Part shown: positions 10,374-22,700 of the stretch, in pieces | Layout: the number at the start of each line of letters is the position of its first letter | How positions within the stretch are numbered: the stretch's first letter is position 1 | NCBI GenBank assembly: GCA_002269645.1 | Contig: NIVC01001262.1 | Coordinates: forward strand, 1 to 64,000 | Source of the DNA: Macrostomum lignano | Lineage: Eukaryota | Direction of reading: 5' to 3' | Length of the DNA: 64,000 nt | Notes under the pieces: model-generated | Told to the model about the DNA's origin: nothing | Databases searched by the model: none | What the model saw: the letters and a program-made list of their open reading frames with translations, nothing else | Program-made: the position numbers and the translations under genes

Positions 10374-11992
10374 TCACAGTGCCGGCTGCTCCTCCTCGGA
10401 CTCCTCCCCCTCCTCGCCGCCCTCTGGGGTCAGCGGCTCCTCCTCCTCGTCCACCGCGGAGTTCCTGCGCTGCTGCTGCTGCTGCTCTTCATCTTCTTCC
10501 CCATCCGCGCTCTCCTCACCTCCCTCGGTTTCGTCGCTTCCGCCAGGGCCGCCGGCACCAGTGCCGCCGCTGCCACCGATCTCGACTGTCGCCTCCTCTT
10601 CCTCGGCCTGGTCCAGCTCCGGCTGCGGCACCTGCTCGATCAGCGGCCCCACCATCAGGGCGAACTGCAGGAAGCTCAGTCTAGACGTGTTGTTGTAGTC
10701 ATGCCGCCGGGTCAGCGCTTCGGATACCTGGGCCGGCATGTCCGGGACGTACTGGGCCAGCAGCTTGCGGGCCATGCTCAGCCTCACGGCGTCATCAATC
10801 ACCGAGCAGTGCTGATCAGAGTTGAGTTTGATATAAAAGTATTGGTCCTGACTGTCTGACTGTCTGCCATCTGCCCTCACCCGCCCCAGCTCACAGACTG
10901 TCTGCCATCTGCCCTCACCCGCCCCAGCTCACAGACTGTCTGCCATCTGCCCTCACCCGCCCCAGCTCACAGACTGTCTGCCATCTGCCCTCACCCGCCC
11001 CAGCTCACAGACTGTCTGCCATCTGCCCTCACCCGCCCCAGCTCACAGACTGTCTGCCATCTGCCCTCACCCGCCCCAGCTCACAGACTGTCTGCCATCT
11101 GCCCTCACCCGCCCCAGCTCACAGACTGTCTGCCATCTGCCCTCACCCGCCCCAGCTCACAGACTGTCTGCCATCTGCCCTCACCCGCCCCAGCTCACAG
11201 ACTGTCTGCCATCTGCCCTCACCCGCCCCAGCTCACAGACTGTCTGCCACCTGCCCTCACCCGCCCCAGCTCACAGACTTGGCCTCCTGCAGGCAGTCGA
11301 AGTGGCGGTCGTAGCGCGGCCGGTTGAGGTTCAGAAAGTGCAGCAGCCGGAGCAGCGGCACCGACGGCTGTCGCTTTTTCGCGCGGCGCTGCGGCTGATG
11401 CGATCCTCGATGAGCTCCATCAGACGCTGGCTGGGCTCCCTGTAGCCGAGGCACTTCAGCAGCAGGATTGTCTTCCAAGTCTGCATGGGAGGGTTTTGGA
11501 GTGACACACCGAGTCCCCACAACAGAGCACCTTAATCAGACTCACAGACAGGTAAACCGAGTCCACAGAGTCGAACTCGGTGTGCAGGGTCACGATGAGA
11601 TCCCTGAGCACCACATAGTCGGACGGGCTGAGGTTCGGCAGCGCCTTCTCCTTCTTGACGTCGAGCAGCTGCTGGTGGCAGACTGCGTTCTGCATCTCGT
11701 TGAACTTGGCGTGAATGGAGCGCAGCGTGGTGTTGGCGTAGTGAATGCCCCTGTTGACCTCTTGGATAGTTTTGAGCAGGTCGCTCTCGTCAGCGTTACT
11801 CAGGTCGATCTGGTTCACCATGGAGTAGGCCAGCTCCACCGTCTTGGTGAACTGCTCCAGGTCCTGGGAGAAGCCGTTGACTGCGTGCTCCCGGCTAGAC
11901 GTGACAAGCATGTCGCGCATCTCGTCCCTGGTTTTCATGGTCTCCATGTACTCGTCCTGCAGGCGCCGCATCTCCGGAGTAAAGAAGGCCAT
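10374..11992 (-). CDS. Degenerate calmodulin-like 4-EF-hand protein with helical N-terminus and acidic C-tail; one-base frame break in exon 2
   Basis: Exons 11992-11546, 11480-11275 (206 nt, one short of frame), 10811-10374. Kozak GCAGCCATGG. FDSVDSVYLSTWKTILLLKCLGY aligns by eye with calmodulin EF1 plus helix; DYNNTSRLSFLQF is EF4-like. Confidence 0.6.
10855..11279. repeat. 38-bp minisatellite, EF-hand gene intron 2
   Basis: Unit tgtctgccatctgccctcacccgccccagctcacagac, 11 copies. Confidence 0.95.
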
Positions 11993-12382
11993 GGCTGCGG
12001 CTGGCTGGGTGAGAAATTCCAATTAACAAGTTTTAATAATTTAGAAAATTGATTTTAATCATTTGTAATCCACTTTCCTGACTAAACGCAAAACCTTCTT
12101 TAAATTTAAGCTTACTCTGCACTGAGTGCTTTTAACCATAGATATCTGTTTACCAATTCTTTATTCTTTCAATTCTTTCAAAATTAACTGGAGTAGAATA
12201 TCTGTGGGTAAATTCCCCTCAAGTTTGCAAATTTTCAGATGGCTACTTAGGGTAGTATAAAACGCTTTTTGTGCATTTTCTGTTGGCAAAAATAGTAAAT
12301 AGCCTACAAAAAATTGCGTTCATGAAATGCCATCGCAACGATATTCTCAGGATTTATGAGTGTAACGTCCCACGGGTATTGC

Positions 12383-12555
12383 GCACTCAGCTGAACTGGC
12401 GCCAACTCAGCTGAAATGGCACCCACATACAATAACTGAAATGGCGCCCACACAGCTGAAATGGCCTCCACTCATCTGAAATGGCGCCCACACAACTGAA
12501 CTGGCGCCCACACAACTGAACTGGCGCCCACACAACTGAACTGGCGCCCACTCAG
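12383..12555. repeat. ~21-bp degenerate tandem repeat
   Basis: actgaa(a/c)tggcgcccacaca variants. Confidence 0.85.
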
Positions 12556-13825
12556 TTGTATTTGCAGGATAGGAATTCCGGCTAGTCAGCACTTTACTGT
12601 CTTACCTCTAACTATTATTGAAGAGTTTACTTTAATCGAACTTTTAATTGATTTTTTTTGCAAACTGGAAAAACTTTTCTGTTGAATAATTTGAGAATTA
12701 TTAATCACGTTTGTGTTCGCCTGACGACGGAACTTGAATACATTTCCAACAATAGAAGCCGTTTCTAATAACATCAGAAAACTGAATAAAGAACCAACAC
12801 ACAAACGTCAAGGTCGACCAATAGAGTCGTGTCAATTCGAGAATTTTGTTAAACTAGTTGGCATGTACACCTCACTATGCTTTGGGGGTCGGCCATCAGT
12901 GGCGGTTATTGCCCCGAGCAGAGCCAAGCCAAGTTTAATGAACTGCACTTGGAATCGAGCCTGGGCCGCTGGGACATCAGAATGTCGCTAGGCTATGGCC
13001 CCATTTGTACCATAAATTAATTAATCTGCATTCTATCCTATTATTACTTAAGGTACTATGGGCATTTTATCCTCTTGGCTGTCCATGCGTTAACCAAATT
13101 AGGTTTGGCCATAGACTATATTATTTCCTCTCGATTGGCTTCAAAAGATGTGTACATTCTCCTCCGTTTCCCAGTGTGGCTTCTATGCTTCTATGCTTGC
13201 ACAACTGTAGAAAGGATTAATTGCGCGCCCGAATTCTCAAATTGGTTGCTCCACAGACCCCCCTTCGGGCCATAGACGATGAAAAGCAAGTCTTTAATAG
13301 CTTGATTTTCCCACTAAGGATTAAATTGCTTGCTCCTAGGCTTAATTGGCTTGAAAAATGCTATATTTGACAATTACGAGTAGTTTCTATCCCTGATTTT
13401 ACTGTTTTTTATTCTCCGTGTGCAAACTCCATCATTCACTTTAGTGTCAGTGAATCCCCATTTATCACCCGTTCCCCTGGTCCTGCCTGGGCTCAGATTA
13501 AAAGCGCCTGACCCAGCCCAGTGATTAATTTCACTGCCTACCAAAGGCCCGGTTCAGCACAGCTAACAAGGTGCAACTGGGAGCTTGAGCACCTGCCTCT
13601 CAGGGACTCGAGGATGGCGTGACCAAAAAACAGGGCATTCATTATTAGTGCGACTCAGCTGAGCTGAGTAGGCGCTCTCATCTCCGGGTGGAGCGACCCA
13701 CTTGTTGCGGCTGTCCGATTGTAGATGACCAGCGGTCAACAAGTCTGAATTGTGCTTTTTTCGTGCTCACATTTCACCAGAGCCCTACACAGTTTAGGCA
13801 TTCTGTTGAGCTGCAAAGGGCCTTT

Positions 13826-13987
13826 GGGTATTACTGGAAGTCTGCAGCCATACGGGTGGTCTGTTCGGGTGGTTCATTCGGGTGATCCCTCAGAGTGTCC
13901 AGTGGTGGGTATTACTGGAAGTCTGCAGCCATGCGGGTGGTCTGTTCGGGTGGTCCATTCGGGTGATCCCTCAGAGTGTCCAGTGTC
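13826..13987. repeat. 81-bp tandem duplication (2 copies)
   Basis: gggtattactggaagtctgcagcc.. at 13826 and 13907. Confidence 0.9.
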
Positions 13988-14062
13988 CTGACGGTCTAGT
14001 TGGCAGCAGAGGCATCGCCCCAAGGGTACAACAAGCGCTAAACTGAGAGTCTGAGGCGCTTA

Positions 14063-14270
14063 ATTGAGTGTCTGCGGCGCTTGAGTGTCTGCGGCGCTTG
14101 AGTGTCTGCGGCGCTTGAGTGTCTGCGGCGATTAAGTGAGTGTCTGCGGCGCTTGAGTGTCTGCGGCGCTTGAGTGTCTGCGGCGCTTGAGTGTCTGCGG
14201 CGCTTTGAGTGTCTGCGGCGCTTGAGTGTCTGCGGCGCTTGAGTGTCTGCGGCGCTTGAGTGTCTGCGGC
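14063..14270. repeat. 17-bp minisatellite
   Basis: Unit ttgagtgtctgcggcgc; core resembles the 21-bp unit at 41.4-42.6 kb. Confidence 0.95.
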
Positions 14271-14964
14271 CAATGTAGATTGCGAGGGCCAATGACGAGG
14301 CTCCCTACTGCTTCGCCCTCACAGCCCGCATATAGTTCACTATTGAAAGTTTACCATCGCAAAAAGCTCAGGACTCAGGATCAAAGCAGATCAGACTCAC
14401 TTCTCAAGCCAGCAGCGGTTCGCACACAAGAAGAGTGCTGATAAAGCAAGAAATGCTGCTGTCAAACCGGCTTCTCAGCTGTGACAGGTAAGTTTAGCCC
14501 AGTTTGAAAAGCGGCCCACAGACTAATGTGAAACCTGCTGACTTCGTGAAGTTCGTGTCTGAATAAAAGCAGAATTTCAGACAAAAGCGCTGCTTTGATG
14601 GCCGTGTCTGCGCTGCTGGGCCTGTAATCAGCACGTGGCCAGCGGAGTCTTTTGATCCCGTCCAGCCTGCGGCCTGCAGCAGCTGCGGGGCACAATGGGA
14701 TCAAGAGTCCGCTTCCCCAGTCCAAACAGAATCTTCACCCTCTGATCTGATGCTGCAGCGAATTTCTTGCAGAGAGTCTGCCCGATTTCACCTTATTACG
14801 CTCGTAATTGAATTTGAGGGCTGCACAACAGCTCAAAATCGCAACAGTGCAGTGTGGTTGGCTAGACTGGCCCCCTCTCATTCAAATCAGACTACTCGGC
14901 AGTAGAAATGTGGGAAAATTAGTCTTGACTCTCAAAAATCTCTTTCCTCTGAGCACAAACCTCC

Positions 14965-15386
14965 CATCACTGAGTCTCACCCTCCCGTCCCTGAGTATCA
15001 CCCTCCCGTCCCTGAGTATCACCTTCCCGTCCCTGAGTGTCACCCTCCCGTCCCTGAGTGTCACCCTCCCGTCCCTGAGTATCACCCTCCCGTCCCTGAG
15101 TGTCACCCTCCCGTCCCTGAGTGTCACCCTCCCGTCCCTGAGTATCACTCTCCCATCCCTGAGTATCACCCTCCCGTCCCTGAGTATCACCCTCCCGTCC
15201 CTGAGTATCACCCTCCCGTCCCTGAGTATGACTCCTCCATCCCTGAGTGTCACCCTCCCGTCCCTGAGTATGACTCCTCCATCCCTGAGTGTCACCCTCC
15301 CGTCCCTGTGTGTCACTCTCCCGTCCCGTCCCTGAGTATCACCCTCCCGTCCCTGAGTGTCACTCTCCCGTCCCTGAGTATCACCT
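14965..15386. repeat. 21-bp minisatellite
   Basis: Unit tcaccctcccgtccctgagt(a/g). Confidence 0.95.
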
Positions 15387-16712
15387 GATCCCACAAATTA
15401 TCCTCTCAAAAATAGGATCTAATCGCTAAGCAATAAAGAACTCTGAGTCCAACCAAAGCTAGAATTGAAGCTCAGGCAGACAAACTAGTAAGAAGGTTTA
15501 TACGAGTCACAGCCACGAAATTAGAACTAGAAATTTTTTATTCCAGATTTTCATGACACAGCGTTGTGGGTATAATGCGAGCTTCAATAGACTTGAATAT
15601 CTTCAATTCTGGCTTTGTTACCTCAGATTTTACTGCTCTGGTGCCTCCGTGTTCCCCTGAGAATTATATTTGCCAAGACCCCACTGAACTTTAACAGCTG
15701 TTAAAGCTGTGTTCTGTAGGACTCCCGGTTCACGTGCTGGAGCACAAACAAAGACCAACTGCCCAAAGTCTTCAGCCGGAGCCGACCTAGACAGGTTTTT
15801 CGAGTTTAAAAAAAGCTTGACAAAAGAAGACAAAGACCTTAGAGATTTCTAGGAAAAGAAATAAGAAAGTACAAACAGACAGAACTGGAAAACAAAGTGA
15901 CCTAGAATTGCAATTAGGGCTCTCTCGGGTTTAACCAGTTGAAATTCATCGATCTATTTAGGCACTGTAGATCCAGATCTAGATTTTGGCCAAAATTCTA
16001 GAACTCTTTTTTTATAGATACTCGATTCTAGATTCTACCTTTATAATAGCATAGATACTATTGTGAGCTGTAGCCTGCATCAACACAGTCCTGTAATGAT
16101 AGCATTTATGCAAGGATATAATTGCGCATATCATCATTGGCGGCCGCTATTATAGCTCTTGGCAGCCAACAAAGTTCACAAAATTATTTTTAACATATGG
16201 ACTTCTAAACTTGGAACCAAAGTCTAAGCCGGTATACACATTCAAGGATGCGATGTGTCATCCTTGCAGTCAACAGTCAACAGTCCTCAGTTCAGAGATT
16301 AGATCCCTATTTTTTCAATTCTCTCTCAGTGGTCTCCCGCCATGCAGACTGTCCCCTCTGTTCCCCTCTTTCCCGCCAATGACAGCCTCGATCTCCAGGG
16401 TTCGCTCGGACCTGGCACTCCGGTTTATTGGGTGGTTGGTCTCCAGCTCGTCTCTCTCCCTTCTTCCTCCTGTCCTATGAAGGCTTTGGCGCTATAAAGT
16501 TGCGAGCCTTCACCCACATACCACCCCTAGAATAGAATCTCGTGGAACCCTCAGATTGCTGGCGCAAGCAAAGTGAAGAAAGTTGTTTTGTTAAGTCGTC
16601 CAAAAGCCAAAAAAGCAAATCAAAAGCGCCTCGCATTTTTGGCACTGAAATTATTTCCTGGTAGAACTGAATTAATCTAGCTGAATAGCAAGACAGGAAA
16701 CCTCAGCCAGCC

Positions 16713-19700
16713 ATGTCTAACCCTCTGGACGTAATAAAGAGCAAGTTTAAGAAGTCTAATCCTAGTCCCAAGTGAGTATCTTCGGGTATTTTTTGTTTGA
16801 GGCAATTTTTGCGTATTACCGACCCACACGAAGCTCCTTCTCTCTGCAGTCTGCAGACTGTGAGGGAATCAACAACACTGAGCTCCTTCTCCCTGCAGTC
16901 TGCAGACTGTGAGGGAATCAACAACACTGAGCTCCTTCTCCCTGCAGTCTGCAAACTGTGAGGGAATCAACAGCACTGAGCTCCTTCTCTCTGCAGTCTG
17001 CAGACTGTGAGGGAATCAACAACACTGAGCTCCTTCTCTCTGCAGTCTGCAGTTTTGTAGTTTTTGACTTAGTGCAGTTGCACATTATTTATTTATTCCC
17101 CTATACTAATATCAGTAGGCAGCAAACGGTCTTTGTAATTAAGCGTACGTCTTTGCGAGTCTTTGTAACCGTTGATTTATTCTGACTGGTTACAGGGTGG
17201 GAGAGAGGATTAAAAGCTGACTGCCTTCTCCCAACCCCCCGACCCGCAGCGAGGAGGGCAATAACGAAGGCAACAACGCCGCGAAGGAGCCGATGCTCAT
17301 CGAGGACGGCGGCCGCACAGTCGATCCGAGCGGCGCCGGCGGCAGCGGCATCGAGAGCGGCGGCAGCGGCCTGCCCAGCAACGCGACCTTCGGCCAGCGG
17401 GCCCGGCACCGGCTGCAGACGACCCGCAAGTCCATGATGGAGCCGGAGAATCTGCTGGTGACGCTGACGGTGCTGGCTGTGGTCCTGGGCATTGTGGTGG
17501 GCCTGACCACCCGGCTGGCCAGTCCAGGAGAGCGGGCCATCATGATCGTCGGCTTCCCAGGAGAGCTGCTCATGAACATGCTCAAGATGCTCATCATTCC
17601 GCTCATCGTGTCATCGCTTATTTCTGGTTGGTGTGGCCGAATTTTTACGAGTGTCTCTGGGGTCGCCAAAGTTTTGCAGGCAGGAAGAACCAGGGGCAGG
17701 GGGGAGTCGTGAGTGACTCCTGACACGGCTGGCAGGCCAACCGGAATAGGTTCAAGGACCACTAGAAACTACCACTCTGACACCGCAAGTTCTTGAGTTG
17801 TGTCGGTGATAGACATCCAATAATGGATGGACACCTGATAATTGCAGAGTGCTGTAGGGGACAGACACCTGATGATTGCAGTGTTGTAGGGGACAGACTC
17901 CTGATGATTGCAGAGTGCTGTAGGGGACAGACACCTGATGATTGCAGTGTTGTAGGGGACAGACTCCTGATGATTGCAGAGTGCTGTAGGGGATGGACAC
18001 CTGATGATTGCAGTGTTGTAGGGGACAGACTCCTGATGATTGCAGAGTGCTGTAGGGGACAGACTCCTGATGATTGCAGTGTTGTAGGGAACAGACACCT
18101 GATGATTGCAGAGTGCTGTAGGGGACAGACTCCTGATGATTGCAGTGTTGTAGGGGACAGACTCCTGATGATTGCAGAGTGCTGTAGGGGACAGACTCCT
18201 GATGATTGCAGTGTTGTAGGGGACAGACACCTCATGATTGCAGTGTTGTAGGGGACAGACTCCTGATGATTGCAGAGTGCTGTAGGGGACAGACTCCTGA
18301 TGATTGCAGAGTGCTGTAGGGGACAGACACCTGATGATTGCAGTGCTGTAGGGGACAGACTCCTGATGATTGCAGAGTGCTGTAGGGGACAGACTCCTGA
18401 TGATTGCAGTGCTGTAGGGGACAGACACCTCATGATTGCAGTGTTGTAGGGGACAGACTCCTGATGATTGCAGAGTGCTGTAGGGGACAGACTCCTGATG
18501 ATTGCAGTGTTGTAGGGGACAGACACTGAGACACCTCATGATTGCAGTGTTGTAGGGGACAGACACTGAGACACCTCATGATTGCAGTGCTGTAGGGGAC
18601 AGACACCTCATGATTGCAGTGCTGTAGGGGACAGACACCTCATGATTGCAGTGTTGTAGGGGACAGACTCCTGATGATTGCAGAGTGCTGTAGGGGACAG
18701 ACTCCTGATGATTGCAGTGTTGTAGGGGACAGACACCTCATGATTGCAGTGTTGTAGGGGACAGACTCCTGATGATTGCAGAGTGCTGTAGGGGACAGAC
18801 TCCTGATGATTGCAGTGTTGTAGGGGACAGACACTGAGACACCTCATGATTGCAGTGTTGTAGGGGACAGACTCCTGATGATTGCAGAGTGCTGTAGGGG
18901 ACAGACTCCTGATGATTGCAGTGTTGTAGGGGACAGACTCCTGATGATTGCAGAGTGCTGTAGGGGACAGACTCCTGATGATTGCAGTGTTGTAGGGGAC
19001 AGACACCTCATGATTGCAGTGTTGTAGGGGACAGACTCCTGATGATTGCAGAGTGCTGTAGGGGACAGACTCCTGATGATTGCAGAGTGCTGTAGGGGAC
19101 AGACTCCTGATGATTGCAGAGTGCTGTAGGGGACAGACTCCTGATGATTGCATAGTGCTGTAGGGGACAGACTCCTGATGATTGCAGTGCTGTAGGGGAC
19201 AGACACCTCATGATTGCAGTGTTGTAGGGGACAGACTCCTGATGATTGCAGAGTGCTGTAGGGGACAGACTCCTGATGATTGCAGTGTTGTAGGGGACAG
19301 ACACTGAGACACCTCATGATTGCAGTGTTGTAGGGGACAGACACTGAGACACCTCATGATTGCAGTGCTGTAGGGGACAGACACCTCATGATTGCAGTGT
19401 TGTAGGGGACAGACTCCTGATGATTGCAGTGTTGTAGGGGACAGACACATGATGGTTGCAGTGTGTTGTAGGGGATGGACACCTGATGATTGCAGAGTGT
19501 TGTAGGGGACAGACACCTGATGATTGTAGTGTTGTAGGGGACAGACACCTGATGATTGCAGAATGCTGTAGGGGACAGACACCTGATGATTGCAGAATGC
19601 TGTAGGGGACAGACACCTGATGATTGCAGAATGCTGTAGGGAACAGACACCTGATGATTGCAGAATGCTGTAGTGAACAGACACTTGATGATTGCAGAAT

Positions 19701-22700
19701 GCTGTAGGGGACAGACACCTGATGATTGCAGAATGCTGTAGGGAACAGACACCTGATGATTGCAGTGTTGTAGGGGACAGACACCTGATGATTGCAGAAT
19801 GCTGTAGGGAACAGACACCTGATGATTGCAGAGTGCTGTAGGGAACAGACACCTGATGATTGCAGAGTGCTGTAGGGAACAGACACCTGATGATTGCAGA
19901 ATGCTGTAGGGAACAGACACCTGATGATTGCAGAATGCTGTAGGGAACAGACACCTGATGATTGCAGAATGCTGTAGGGAACAGACACCTGATGATTGCA
20001 GAATGCTGTAGGGAACAGACACCTGATGATTGCAGTGTTGTAGGGGACAGACACCTGATGATTGCAGAATGCTGTAGGGAATAGACACCTGATGATTGCA
20101 GAATGCTGTAGGGAACAGACACCGGATGATTGCAGAGTGCTGTAGGGAACAGACACCTGATGATTGCAGAATGCTGTAGGGAACAGACACCTGATGATTG
20201 CAGAGTGCTGTAGGGAACAGACACCTGATGATTGCAGAATGCTGTAGGGAACAGACACCGGATGATTGCAGAATGCTGTAGGGAACAGACACTTGATGAT
20301 TGCAGAATGCTGTAGGGGACAGACACCTGATGATTGCAGAATGCTGTAGGGAACAGACACCTGATGATTGCAGAATGCTGTAGGGAACAGACACCTGATG
20401 ATTGCAGAATGCTGTAGGGATCGGGAACGATGCCTTTTTTATCGGGTACAAACCAAATTATGAAATGGCACCCTAATCTGCACTTATCCCCTGCTTACTA
20501 CTCTACCTGAATCGGCCCGCAGCCCTAAGCACCTCGGCTTGCTTTTCCAGTTTATTAAAAGCAACTGACCCCAGTCCTTATCGCAATTTCTTCTCTTCTC
20601 CCAGGTCGCTCGTTTTGCGGAATCCGTTGCCAGCTTTGAGTAGTTTCCTATCGTCAAATATTAACGATATCCCTTCTACACTCAGCCTCTCCCTGCTGGG
20701 GTAGCTCTCTACCCATGAGAAGGGCGATGAGGATTTTTGCCTTGTCCAGCAGGCCGGTGGGAAAAACCAAGGGAATAAGTGAGTAGGGATCTCGCAGCAA
20801 GAGAGGAATGGGACAGAGCTCTTCCAGACTCCTTTGAGCTTCTTTTTCTTAACGGTAAATGTCAGGGCAATGAAGCTGGAGGATTTTATTTGCATATCAA
20901 TTGCGTGACAAATTAGTTGGAGTTTTTTTGGGGCTGGAATCTCCAGGTGAACGGCCTGAAAATAAAAAACTGTTTTTTTAGCTCCCGCGGGGGCAATTCC
21001 AGCTTGGAACGCAAGCTTGCATGCAAATCCCGGAACTGCAATTGCCAGGTCTCTCCAGCCTGGACGCCAAGTCATCGGGCAAGATGGGCTCCTGCGCTCT
21101 GCTGTACTACTTCTCCACCACCATCGCAGCTGTGATCCTCGGCATCATTCTGGTCGTTATCATCCACCCGGGCGATCCGGAGATCAAACGCAAGGGCACC
21201 GGAGAAAAGATCACAGCCAGACGGATGCCGAGCACCTTGGATTCGTTCCTGGACCTGTTCAGGTAGGCTGTATTGGTTACTTGGCCTGACTCTAGGAGTT
21301 CGAGCTAACTGAGCTGGGTCCGAGCACTTTTTTACCAGGGACCTGGGTAATTTCTCTGCAGTAATGCGTCTTGGCTCTCTGAAGCTAAGCAAGGTGCAGA
21401 GCCAGCATAGGCTGCGGTTTCTTCCACCTTGCAGCTTCGCGCAGAGCACAGCAGGCACGCAACGGAGGTGCGCGAAGGATGGAAGGCACTGAATGACTTG
21501 TCCCCCCAACGGGGTCACGCCAGCGACAGTCCTCGGGCCTGCCGGGGGCTGGGGTGGGGGCACGCAGCTTGGCCAGAAACAGAAATCCCGTGGGAAAACA
21601 TTCATTTAAGTTCGGGCAAGCTCTCGAAATTGTCCCTGTTCGCGCATAGCACGCGTACAAGGCTGGTCGCAGGGGGAGATTAAATTTTCCACGATGCTGA
21701 GGGTGCAACACGCAGCTTTATTTGAAAAAACCTGCGGAGCGCGTAGCTGCTGTCCTAAGTTGTAGGCCGCCGGAACCTGACGGTGTCCCGGCTTGGGTCG
21801 GGAGAACTTGCACCGCCTGAGCGCCCGCGACTGCCCAGAGCTCGCTGTAAAACCGCACGCCTGAGAGAGAGAAGAGACTGGACGGAGGAAGCCTTCATCT
21901 TTTTGGTCCGGAGCCCCCGGAAAGTTGATATCCTCCCTGGAGGTTTATCGGGGACAAGAAGTGCGCCTGGTGGTGGGGAGGTGATTTCAGGAGAGAGGTT
22001 CGGAAGATTCTGAAATTGCCTTCTGGCCACGCCTCCGGGGCCTCAGCGGCACTTCGAATCCGTCCCTCCGTTTCTTGCCACCCACCGGCCTCTGGGCTCA
22101 TCTCTCAAGGACCAATATCTAGATGAAAGATGAAGGAGTAGGAGAAGGAATTTTAGTAATCGCCTCGCGCCTCTTCAGACCCACTTGGGCGATGCTTTGC
22201 TTCATGAATTGCTCTCCCCTTTTTCACTTGATGCATTGTCGGGCCTCCCCTCTCAGATGTCTGCGAAGCTGCAATTCAATTCCCTATGGAAAGGGCTTCC
22301 AATGGGCCTCCGCTCCGGAGCAGTTTATTAATATTTGTTTACGACACGAAAATGCGTGATGGTGGATGAGCGAATTTACTATTTCTTAAAGCATTTAACG
22401 ATCCAACGTCCCCAATAAAAACTACGCAGAAACATGTTCCCGGAGAACCTCATCGAGGCCTGCTTCCGGCAGACGGCAACGGAGACGGTGGACAAAAATG
22501 TTTCGTATGTCAACGAGACAACCAATGAAACGCTGTGGAGCATGGAGGAGAGCAGCCAGCTCACGATGCTCTGGTCTACCAATGTGCTGGGTGAGCCTGG
22601 CTTGGGCCTTCGGCTGTACACAAAGACTTGACATATTCACACTGAGCACTCAGCCATTTTCACGCCCCCTGGTTGCTAATTGAGGCAGCTAAAGCGAGTT

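Noticed and set aside
12989-13275. MITE bounded by ctatggccc / gggccatag
   Set aside because: Only a 9-bp inverted match, no TSD, and no clear second full copy in the window.
17828-20420. Hammerhead ribozyme array (CTGATGA followed by a hairpin in every unit)
   Set aside because: The stem-II-like hairpin is followed by GGGAC or GGAAC rather than GAAA, and there is no stem III or NUH cleavage triplet on that strand.
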